A DNA stretch of 32,000 bases from positions 3,240,001 to 3,272,000 of the forward strand of contig OZ245049.1 of NCBI GenBank assembly GCA_965224465.1, read 5' to 3'. Origin of the DNA: Flavobacteriaceae bacterium. GTDB lineage: Bacteria; Bacteroidota; Bacteroidia; Flavobacteriales; Flavobacteriaceae. This document shows, piece by piece, positions 18,281-27,400 of this stretch. How positions within the stretch are numbered: the stretch's first letter is position 1; every line of letters starts with the position of its first letter. The notes beneath the pieces were generated by a model. It made no database searches, was not told where the DNA came from, and saw nothing but the letters and a program-made list of their open reading frames with translations. Made by a program: the position numbers and the translations under genes.

Positions 18281-19156
18281 ATGAAGAATATATATATAAT
18301 CGTAGGGGTTTTTATGATGCTATGTTCAATAACAACACTGGCACAGCAAACACCAGAATATACTTTTTGGAGACAAAATATGGTCTTGGTAAATCCTGGA
18401 TATGTGGGGAGTACAGAAAAAGTAGAGATAAGTATTAATAGTTATAAAGATAAGCTTCAAGGTGTTTATGAGGGACCTAAAACACTTTCGCTTACCGCGC
18501 AGTGGAGTCTTAATGATAAGGTGGGGCTTGGTTTAGATATTGTTACAGACAATGTTTTTATTCAGAAAGAAACCAATGTATTTGTGGATTATTCGTATAA
18601 ATTAAGTTTTGGAGAAAAGCGAGATTTATATTTAGGATTGAAAGCGGGAGGTAGTTTTTTTAATGTTGATTTTTCAAGATTAAAAACAGTTGATCCTGCA
18701 AATCAAGGAGAGGTAAGTAACTTTAATCCCAATGTTGGAATTGGAGTGTATTACAAAACGAATAACTATTTTGTGAGTTTGTCAGCACCAAGGATCTTAA
18801 AAGCCAAACGTTACGAGGATGTATCAGGAGTTGCGCAAGAAGCATCTGATGCCACATTGCTTATGTTTGGAGGAGGCTATTGGTATGATTTGAGTACAGA
18901 CATTCAGATTGTACCTGCATTCATGACTCGTTATATTGATGGTGCGCCATTTTCTTTTGACCTTTCTACCTCCGTTCGTTTTTATGACAAGATGGAATTA
19001 GGCGTAAATTATAGGTTAAATAATGCTATTTCTGCTATGGTCTCTTTTGAAATTCTAAAAATGATAGACATAGGATTTGCGTATGACTATTCGATATCAA
19101 CTATAAATACTCAAACAGATGGCGGCCCAGAGTTTTTATTAAAAGTAAAATTTTAA
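18281..19156 (+). CDS. PorP/SprF-family type IX secretion outer-membrane protein, paralogue 1
   Basis: 291 aa with signal peptide ...TLAQQ and the family N-terminal signature QQTPEYTFWRQNMVLVNPGYVGS (compare QQDPxFSQYxxNxxxxNPAYAG). It has beta-barrel-like alternating strands and a terminal F. It starts 14 nt after the adhesin stop codon. Confidence 0.9.
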   Translation: MKNIYIIVGVFMMLCSITTLAQQTPEYTFWRQNMVLVNPGYVGSTEKVEISINSYKDKLQGVYEGPKTLSLTAQWSLNDKVGLGLDIVTDNVFIQKETNVFVDYSYKLSFGEKRDLYLGLKAGGSFFNVDFSRLKTVDPANQGEVSNFNPNVGIGVYYKTNNYFVSLSAPRILKAKRYEDVSGVAQEASDATLLMFGGGYWYDLSTDIQIVPAFMTRYIDGAPFSFDLSTSVRFYDKMELGVNYRLNNAISAMVSFEILKMIDIGFAYDYSISTINTQTDGGPEFLLKVKF

Positions 19157-19227
19157 GAAGCTGAAATCAAATTTTTAGGGAATGAAGAAGGGGGGCTAAA
19201 AAGATGTTTTCTGTTTAAATACAAAGG

Positions 19228-19279
19228 TTAATACCAAATACATTTCTAAGTGACGTTTTAGAAATGTATTTGGTATTAA
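19228..19279. repeat. perfect 22-bp inverted repeat (hairpin, 8-nt loop) at the cassette 1/2 junction
   Basis: TTAATACCAAATACATTTCTAA (19228-19249), loop GTGACGTT, TTAGAAATGTATTTGGTATTAA (19258-19279). The left arm equals the first ~35 nt of R3/R4 and the right arm equals the terminal nucleotides of R1/R2. It may act as the cassette-1 terminator. Confidence 0.8.
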
Positions 19280-19494
19280 ACCATGTTTTTGAATTGAATA
19301 TTGGCAGGTGTTAAAAAGGGAGGGGTATAAGAGTGTTGTTTTAGGAGAGGCATCATATCCACGATCCAACGAATTATTTTTGGGGACAACATGAAAAAAC
19401 CCCATTTTTTTTAGGCGATTAAACCCGAATTATAATTTAAAGTAGAAACGAATAAAGTACCTAAAATTAGCGAAAAAACATATTATATAGTCTG

Positions 19495-19524
19495 TTCACG
19501 GACACAAGTCTTTGATCCACGACA
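19495..19524 (+). promoter_or_regulatory. direct-repeat operator candidate, copy C: TTCACGGACA-N11-TCCACGACA
   Basis: Half-sites at 19495 and 19516 (21-nt phasing). The site ends 79 nt upstream of the adhesin 2 ATG (19603). Confidence 0.55.
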
Positions 19525-19602
19525 TTTCTTTTTATAGCTGTCCATAAATTAGTACCATTGTTAACGACATTTTTTTAAACGTTCTAATAAATAACTAAAT
19601 TT

Positions 19603-22600
19603 ATGAAAACAAAATTATTTTTACTCATGTTAATCATGAGTTTTATGGGGTTTTCCCAAACTACCAATATTCCAGATGCTAATTTTGAACAAGCATTGGT
19701 TGACCTAGGAATTGATTCCAATGGTCTAAATGGAACGATATTGAATGCAGATGCAATTGGAGTACGTACATTACAAATTGAAAGTAAAAACATTGTTGAC
19801 TTAACAGGTATTGAGGTTTTTACAGATTTAGTGAACTTAAATTGCAACTATAATCAGTTAACTCGTTTAGAGCTAACACAGAATGTGAAATTAAAAAACT
19901 TATCTTGTAGATTTAATCAAATAGCAAGTTTAGATATAACACAGAATTTGGATTTAAGGCAATTAGATTATAGTAGTAATCAAGTATCTAATTTGGATCT
20001 AAGTCAACATACGTCATTGGTTTATTTAATGTGTTTTTCTAATCAGATAAGTGACATAGATATAACAAAAAATACGGTTTTAAAGTATTTTTATTGTAAT
20101 GATAATCAGTTGACTAGTTTAGATATAACACAGAACTCTTTATTAGTATCTCTTGATTATAGTATCAATCAGATACCTAATTTAGATGTAAGTCAACATG
20201 CATTTTTAATAGAATTAAAGTGTACTTCCAATCAAATAACGAGTTTAGATGTTACAAATAACCTGGTTTTAGAAAGATTGAATTGTTCTTCAAATCAGTT
20301 AACTAGTTTAGATGTTACACAGAATATAGCTTTGATGTTTCTTGATTATTCTTCAAATGAAATATCGAATTTTGATGGTACAAAGAACCTAGCTTTGGAG
20401 TCACTTAATTGTTCTGTAAATCAATTAATGATTTTAGATGTTTCAAAGAACCTAAATTTAATAGTATTATATTGTTATATCAATAAAATAACTGCTTTAG
20501 ATTTAAGCAAGAACACGAGTTTGAGAACTTTTTATTGTTTTTCTAATAGGTTAACAAGTTTAGATATTAGAAATGGGGAGAATAAGAATTTTACTGGTTT
20601 TTCTGCTCAGTTTAATCCAACTCTTTTATGTATTTTGGTGGATGATGCATCTTGGAGTACTGTAAATTGGGAAAATATAGATGCTACCTCTAGTTTTAAT
20701 GATAGCTGTTGTAGTACTTCACTAACATTAGACAATTCAAGCTTAAAAGACTTAAAAGGGTTTTGTTCCGTTGCAAATCCAATAGCTCCTACCGCAACTA
20801 CTAGTTGTGGTGAAACTATAACAGGGACAACTTCAACAGTCTTTCCAATAGAAATTCAGGGGGCATCCGTTGTTACTTGGGACTTTGATGATGGAAATGG
20901 ACATAAGACGGCACAGACACAAAAGGTTATTGTAAAAGACACCCAAGCACCAATAATTCCTACTTTGTCAGACATCACAGGCGAATGTTCTGGAACAGTA
21001 CCTGTACCAACTACAACAGATAATTGTTCAGGAATAATTACAGGAACAACAGATGATTCATTGACCTATACAGGAAAAGGCTCCTATACAGTCAATTGGA
21101 AATTCACGGATGAGATTGGAAATTCAATCGTAGTTGCACAGAAAGTAATTCTTACTGATGTGACCAAGCCAGCAATTCCAACCTTGTCAAACATCACAGG
21201 CGAATGTTCTGCAACAGTACCTGTGCCAACTACAACAGATAATTGTTCAGGAATAATTACAGGAACTACAGATGAACCGTTGACTTATACAGGAAAAGGT
21301 TCCTATATAGTCAATTGGAAATTTACGGATGAGATTGGAAATTCAATCGTAGTTGTGCAGAAAGTAATTCTTACTGATGTGACCAAGCCAGCAATTCCAA
21401 CCTTGTCAGACATCACAGGCGAATGTTCTGTAACAGTACCTGTACCAACTACAACAGACAATTGTACAGGAATAATTACAGGAACAACAGATGATCCGTT
21501 GACCTATACAGGAAAAGGTTCCTATACAGTCAACTGGAAATTTGATGATGGGAATGAAAATTCAATCATAGTTGCACAGAAAGTAATTGTTACTGATGTG
21601 ACCAAACCAGTGATTCCAAGCTTAATAGACATCACAGGCGAATGTTCTGCAACAGTACCTGTGCCAACTACAACAGACAATTGTACAGGAATAATTACAG
21701 GAACAACAGATGATCCATTGAGCTATACAGGAAAAGGTTCCTATACAGTCAACTGGGAATTTTCGGATGGGAATGGGAATTCAATTGTAGTTCCACAAAA
21801 AGTACATGTTGCTGATGTGACCAAACCAGTAATTCCAACCTTGTCAGACATCACAGGCGAATGTTCTGTAACAGTACCTGTACCAACTACGACAGATAAT
21901 TGTTCAGGAATAATTACAGGAACAACAGATGATCCATTGAGCTATACAGGAAAAGGTTCCTATACAGTCAACTGGAAATTTACGGATGAGATTGGAAATT
22001 CAATCGTAGTTGCACAGAAAGTAACCGTTACTGATGTGACCAAGCCAGTGATTCCAAGCTTAACAGACCTCACAGGCGAATGTTCTGTAACAGTACCTGT
22101 ACCAACTACAACAGACAATTGTACAGGAACAATCACAGGAACAACAGACGATCCATTGACTTATACAACACAAGGTTCTTATAGAATCAACTGGACATTT
22201 GATGATGGAAATGACAATTCAATCGTAGTTGCACAGAGAGTAATTGTTAAAGATGTGACCAATCCTGTAGCGATGGCTCAAGACTTTTCGCTCACTTTAG
22301 ATGATTTGGGTGAGGGCAGTATTTTAGCTTCAGATATTGACAATGGAAGTTCTGATAATTGTGACTTCACCTTGTCGTTAGATATAGATATGTTTGATTG
22401 CTATATGATAGGTGATTATACGGTAATACTTAGTGTTGAAGATGCAGGAGGAAATATTTCAACAGCGACTGCTGTAGTGACTATTCTGGGTGATGATAAT
22501 GATGCTGATGGTATGGTAGATGCTTGTGATGAAGATGATGATAATGACGGTGTTTTAGATGTAGATGATAATTGTCCATGGAAATCAAATCCAAAACAAA

Positions 22601-22935
22601 TTGATTTAGACAAAGACGGGACCGGAGATGTCTGTGATGATTCTGTGGATATTTCAGTGACTCCTAACGATACATTGACTCCAAATGGTGATGGTGTAAA
22701 TGATACTTGGCATATAGAAAATATTCAGAAATATCCTTTTGCTACGGTAAAAGTATTTAATAGAAATGGACTTGAAGTATTTAAAAGCAGGAATTATAAA
22801 AATGATTGGGGAGGAGAATCTACTAAAGGAGCAAGAGGCTTATTACCTGTAAATTCTTATTATTATATCATCAATCTAAACCAACCAAAATCTGGTGTAA
22901 GTCCAATAACAGGGTGGTTTTATATTAATTATTAG
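19603..22935 (+). CDS. T9SS type-B cargo adhesin 2: leucine-rich-repeat head, 6 (+1 degenerate) HYR-like repeats, TSP3-like Ca motifs, type-B CTD
   Basis: 1110 aa with signal peptide [19 protein letters not shown]. About 12 x 22-aa LRRs ([21 protein letters not shown]). The stalk and C-terminus are near-identical to adhesins 1 and 3. Confidence 0.9.
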   Translation: MKTKLFLLMLIMSFMGFSQTTNIPDANFEQALVDLGIDSNGLNGTILNADAIGVRTLQIESKNIVDLTGIEVFTDLVNLNCNYNQLTRLELTQNVKLKNLSCRFNQIASLDITQNLDLRQLDYSSNQVSNLDLSQHTSLVYLMCFSNQISDIDITKNTVLKYFYCNDNQLTSLDITQNSLLVSLDYSINQIPNLDVSQHAFLIELKCTSNQITSLDVTNNLVLERLNCSSNQLTSLDVTQNIALMFLDYSSNEISNFDGTKNLALESLNCSVNQLMILDVSKNLNLIVLYCYINKITALDLSKNTSLRTFYCFSNRLTSLDIRNGENKNFTGFSAQFNPTLLCILVDDASWSTVNWENIDATSSFNDSCCSTSLTLDNSSLKDLKGFCSVANPIAPTATTSCGETITGTTSTVFPIEIQGASVVTWDFDDGNGHKTAQTQKVIVKDTQAPIIPTLSDITGECSGTVPVPTTTDNCSGIITGTTDDSLTYTGKGSYTVNWKFTDEIGNSIVVAQKVILTDVTKPAIPTLSNITGECSATVPVPTTTDNCSGIITGTTDEPLTYTGKGSYIVNWKFTDEIGNSIVVVQKVILTDVTKPAIPTLSDITGECSVTVPVPTTTDNCTGIITGTTDDPLTYTGKGSYTVNWKFDDGNENSIIVAQKVIVTDVTKPVIPSLIDITGECSATVPVPTTTDNCTGIITGTTDDPLSYTGKGSYTVNWEFSDGNGNSIVVPQKVHVADVTKPVIPTLSDITGECSVTVPVPTTTDNCSGIITGTTDDPLSYTGKGSYTVNWKFTDEIGNSIVVAQKVTVTDVTKPVIPSLTDLTGECSVTVPVPTTTDNCTGTITGTTDDPLTYTTQGSYRINWTFDDGNDNSIVVAQRVIVKDVTNPVAMAQDFSLTLDDLGEGSILASDIDNGSSDNCDFTLSLDIDMFDCYMIGDYTVILSVEDAGGNISTATAVVTILGDDNDADGMVDACDEDDDNDGVLDVDDNCPWKSNPKQIDLDKDGTGDVCDDSVDISVTPNDTLTPNGDGVNDTWHIENIQKYPFATVKVFNRNGLEVFKSRNYKNDWGGESTKGARGLLPVNSYYYIINLNQPKSGVSPITGWFYINY
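19762..20568 (+). repeat. about 12 tandem 66-nt (22-aa) leucine-rich repeats in the adhesin 2 head
   Basis: Recurrent pattern such as [74 protein letters not shown]. The units are diverged at nucleotide level. Confidence 0.8.
20938..22251 (+). repeat. in-frame tandem repeat, 6 x 219 nt (73-aa HYR-like unit)
   Basis: Unit starts at 20938, 21157, 21376, 21595, 21814 and 22033; the array ends at 22251. A degenerate partial unit precedes it ([44 protein letters not shown]). Confidence 0.9.
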
Positions 22936-22949
22936 TAAAAAACAGATAA

Positions 22950-23825
22950 ATGAAGAATATATATATAATCGTAGGGGTTTTTATGATGCTATGTTCAATA
23001 ACAACACTAGCACAGCAAACACCAGAATATACTTTTTGGAGACAAAATATGGTCTTGGTAAATCCTGCCTATGTGGGGAGTACAGAAAAAGTAGAGATAA
23101 GTATTAATAGTTATAAAGATAAGCTTCAAGGTATTTATGAAGGGCCTAAAACACTTTCGCTTACCGCGCAGTGGAGTCTAAATGATAAGGTGGGGCTTGG
23201 TTTAGATATTGTTACAGACAATGTTTTTATTCAAAAAGAAACCAATGTATTTGTGAATTATTCGTATAAATTAAGTTTTGGAGAAAAGCGAGATTTATAT
23301 TTAGGATTGAAAGCGGGAGGTAGTTTTTTTAATGTTGATTTTTCAAGATTAAAAACAGTTGACCCAGCAAATCAAGGTAAGGTAAGTAACTTTAATCCCA
23401 ATGTTGGAATTGGAGTGTATTACAAAGCGAACAACTATTTTGTGAGTTTATCAGCACCAAGGATCTTAAAAGCCAAGCGTTACGAGGATGTGTCAGGAGT
23501 TTCGCAAGAAGCATCTGATGCCACATTACTTATGTTTGGAGGAGGGTATTGGTATGATTTGAGTACAGACATTCAGATTGTACCTGCATTCATGACTCGT
23601 TATATTGATGGTGCGCCGTTTTCTTTTGACCTTTCTACCTCCGTTCGTTTTTATGATAAGATGGAATTAGGCGTAAATTACAGGTTAAATAATGCTGTTT
23701 CTGCCATGGTATCTTTTGAAATTCTAAAAATGATAGACATAGGATTTGCGTACGACTATTCGATATCAACTATAAATACTCAAACAGATGGTGGTCCAGA
23801 GTTTTTATTAAAAGTAAAATTTTAA
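22950..23825 (+). CDS. PorP/SprF-family type IX secretion outer-membrane protein, paralogue 2
   Basis: 291 aa with 7 substitutions relative to paralogue 1. The 14-nt spacing after the adhesin stop codon is the same. Confidence 0.9.
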   Translation: MKNIYIIVGVFMMLCSITTLAQQTPEYTFWRQNMVLVNPAYVGSTEKVEISINSYKDKLQGIYEGPKTLSLTAQWSLNDKVGLGLDIVTDNVFIQKETNVFVNYSYKLSFGEKRDLYLGLKAGGSFFNVDFSRLKTVDPANQGKVSNFNPNVGIGVYYKANNYFVSLSAPRILKAKRYEDVSGVSQEASDATLLMFGGGYWYDLSTDIQIVPAFMTRYIDGAPFSFDLSTSVRFYDKMELGVNYRLNNAVSAMVSFEILKMIDIGFAYDYSISTINTQTDGGPEFLLKVKF

Positions 23826-23896
23826 GAAGCTGAAATCAAATTTTTAGGGAATAAGGATGGGGCTCTAAAAAGATGCTTTCAGTCTAAATAAAAAGG

Positions 23897-24083
23897 TTAA
23901 TACCAACTATATTTCCAAGTGACGGTTTAGAAATCGAATTATTTTTTGTTTTAGCTAGGCGAAAAATGGAAGAATAGCCTTCGCTATGGTTCTATTTTTT
24001 AACAACGTTAGAACGTAAAATAAACTATGTATATCGGTCATTTTGGATTGCAGTTGGTATAATTTAAATTACTGCCTTTTTTT
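23897..24083 (+). repeat. noncoding repeat family R, copy R3 (full length), ending in a weak terminator hairpin plus T run
   Basis: Starts TTAATACCAACTATATTTCCAAGTGACGGTTTAGAAAT (left arm of the 19228 palindrome). It continues as the reverse complement of R1/R2 and ends GCAGT-16 nt-ACTGC followed by CTTTTTTT (24050-24083). Confidence 0.6.
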
Positions 24084-24122
24084 GGTGCTTAAATTACTTG
24101 GTTTTTTAAGTGGAAAGTAGAG

Positions 24123-24152
24123 TTCACGGACAAAACTATTTCATCCACGACA
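24123..24152 (+). promoter_or_regulatory. direct-repeat operator candidate, copy D: TTCACGGACA-N11-TCCACGACA
   Basis: Half-sites at 24123 and 24144 (21-nt phasing), ~270 nt upstream of the adhesin 3 ATG. The surrounding leader is otherwise unrelated to the leaders of copies B and C. Confidence 0.5.
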
Positions 24153-24418
24153 TTTCTTTTTTTAAGAGGTACTAAAACGGTAGTATTGTGTATTATTTTA
24201 TTGTAAAAATAGGATGTATTCAATTTATCCCCATAGATAGTGCTTGTTGTTCATTTTTTTATTTGCAGATTTTTTTCTTGTTTGAAGAGATTAAAACCTG
24301 TAATAATGTCACTTCTGAAATTGAAATATCCCCTTTGTTTTAAAAAGATAAATCATTTAAAAATCACTTCCAATAGGAGGATGTAAACTTATATATTTCT
24401 TAACTATTATATCTAATT

Positions 24419-27400
24419 ATGAAAAGACTATTACTTATTTATTCAATGTTCCTTTTAGGGAGTCAATTTATGAATGCCCAAACATTGGTTGCTGGAGATA
24501 TCGCAATTATAGGTGTAAATGAGGATGCTAGTCCTGAAATCGGTGAAGATCATAGTTTTACATGGATTGCACTTAAAGAAATACCAGCAGGCGAAATTAT
24601 TTACTTTACCGAGCAAGGAGTCAATACGGTTACTATGGAATGGTATGGGAATACGGAGGGACATTTTAGTTGGACTGCGCCATCTGGAGGCTTAGCATGT
24701 GGGTCAATTGTTCATATTTATGAGAAAGGACAGACGGATGTTATGGGGGTTTTGGGAGGAGGAACCGTATCTCCTATTTTATCAGGTATAGGTTGGAACT
24801 TGGTCGGAGGTGATCAGGTGCTGGCTTACTGTGCATCGGATGTGAGAGCTTCAATCTCAAGTACTGTTTTTATTACAGGAATTCATTTAGGTGATGACGG
24901 TTCCTATGGGAAAACAAATGGTTGGACTTCTCTTTCTTTTATTGGGACAAGTTATGGTATGTGTCATTTACCTCCTGGCTTGACAAATGGTGTTGATTGT
25001 ATTTCATTGTTTAATCCCTATGAAGGGCTCTTTGAAATAGATAATAATAGGTATTCGGGATCTTTAGAGGGGACAGCTTCTGAATTGAGAGCGTTAATCA
25101 ATACTAGTTATAAGTTATCTAGGGGGGATTGGGAGGGAGATAACAATCTTCCAAAGAATATTTCAATTGAGAGCTACTCTCCAAATGTGATATGCGAAGC
25201 AGCATGTATAGCTCCTGATGCCCCAACAATTACCGTAGATGATCATATGGTATGTTTAGGGGGGGCGATTACTTTATCTATTTCAGGATCATTGAATGAT
25301 GCTTCAGCTTGGTATATTTATACATCATCCTGTGGGTCTAGTTCTAATCTCGTAGGAACTACTTCAGGGTCTAGTTTTGAGGTGACTCCGTATTTTGCTG
25401 CTACTTACTATATTAGGGGAGAAGACGGTACTGGATGTGTCGATGAGTCTACAGTGCCGTGTGGAGAAATAAAGCTGTTCGGAGATCCTTCATTAACGTA
25501 TACAGAATTTAGTTACGAGTCAGAAAGCTATTGTTTGAATTCCTCGGATCCAACACCAACAATTACAGGTTTGTCAGGTGGGACGTTTACGAGTTCTCCG
25601 TCAGGCTTATCTATTGATTCTAGTACAGGATTGATTGATGTTTCGGCTTCCATAGTAGATGTTTATCTCATCAAATATACAGTAGCAGAGTGTACTGAAT
25701 CAAGTATGTTTCGCGTGAGTATAAAAGCTTTTGATGATGCGTCTTTCAATTATGAAACTGCAAGTTATTGTTTGAATGCCTCGGATCCAACACCAACAAT
25801 TACAGGTTTGTTGGGGGGAGTGTTTACGAGTTCTCCATCAGGCTTGTCTATTGATTCTAGTACAGGATTGATTGATATTTCGGCTTCCACGAAAGGTGTT
25901 TATGGAGTTATATATACAACAACAGGAACTTGTAGCCGTTCGTCTGGTGTTTATGTAACCATTGAAGACATAACCGATCCTGAAATCCCAACCTTGTCAG
26001 ACATCACAGGCGAATGTTCTGCAACAGTACCTGTACCAACTACAACAGATAATTGTTCAGGAATAATTACAGGAACAACAGATGAGCCATTGAGCTATAC
26101 AGGAAAAGGCTCCTATACAGTCAACTGGAAATTTACGGATGAGATTGGAAATTCAATCGTAGTTGCACAGAAAGTCATTCTTACTGATGTGACCAAACCA
26201 GTAGTTCCAACCTTGTCAGACATCACAGGCGAATGTTCTGCAACAGTACCTGTACCAACTACAACAGACAATTGTTCAGGGACAATCACAGGAACAACAG
26301 ATGAACCGTTGACTTATACAGGAAAAGGTTCCTATATAGTCAATTGGAAATTTACGGATGGGAATGGAAATTCAATCGTAGTTGCACAGAAAGTAACCGT
26401 TACTGATGTGACCAAACCAGTTGCTCCAAACTTAACAGACATCACAGGCGAATGTTCTGTAACAGTACCTGTACCAACTACGACAGATAATTGTTCAGGA
26501 ATAATCACTGGGACAACAGATGAACCGTTGACTTATACAGGAAAAGGTTCCTATATAGTCAATTGGAAATTTACGGATGGGAATGGAAATTCAATCGTAG
26601 TTGCACAGAAAGTAACCGTTACTGATGTGACCAAACCAGTTGCTCCAAACTTAACAGACATCACAGGCGAATGTTCTGTAACAGTACCTGTGCCAACTAC
26701 GACAGATAATTGTTCAGGAATAATCACTGGGACAACAGATGATCCAGTAAGTTATACAGGAAAAGGCACCTATACAATCAACTGGAAATTTTCGGATGGG
26801 AATGGGAATTCAATTGTAGTTCCGCAGAAAGTAATTGTTACTGATGTGACCAAGCCAGTGATTCCAAGCTTAATAGACATCACAAGCGAATGTTCTGCAA
26901 CAGTACCTGTGCCAACTACAACAGACAATTGTACTGGAATAATTACAGGAACAACAGACGATCCGTTGACCTATACAGCAAAAGGTTCTTATACAATCAA
27001 CTGGAAATTTGATGATGGGAATGAAAATTCAATCATAGTTGCACAGAAAGTAATTGTTACTGATGTGACCAAGCCAGTGATTCCAAGCTTAATAGACATC
27101 ACAGGCGAATGTTCTGCAACAGTACCTGTGCCAACTACAACAGACAATTGTACTGGAATAATTACAGGAACAACAGACGATCCGTTGACCTATACAGCAA
27201 AAGGTTCTTATACAATCAGCTGGAAATTTGATGATGGGAATGGGAATTCAATCGTAGTTGCACAGAAAGTAATTGTTACTGATGTGACCAAACCAGTAGT
27301 TCCAACCTTGCCAGACATCACAGGTGAATGTTCGGTACTTGTACCTGTACCAACTACGACAGATAATTGTTCAGGAATAATTACAGGAACAACAACAGAA

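Noticed and set aside
19196-19847. Minus-strand ORFs 19196-19405 and 19584-19847 in the cassette 1/2 intergenic region and the start of adhesin 2.
   Set aside because: The first spans the palindrome and the repeat-derived leader. The second is antisense to the adhesin 2 signal peptide and LRR start. Neither has motifs or conservation beyond the duplicated DNA.
14355-24083. Invertible promoter / phase-variation switch formed by the inverted R copies.
   Set aside because: No site-specific recombinase gene is present. The inverted copies are ~9.4 kb apart rather than flanking a short promoter segment. The idea is kept only as a homologous-recombination possibility inside the R-element finding.
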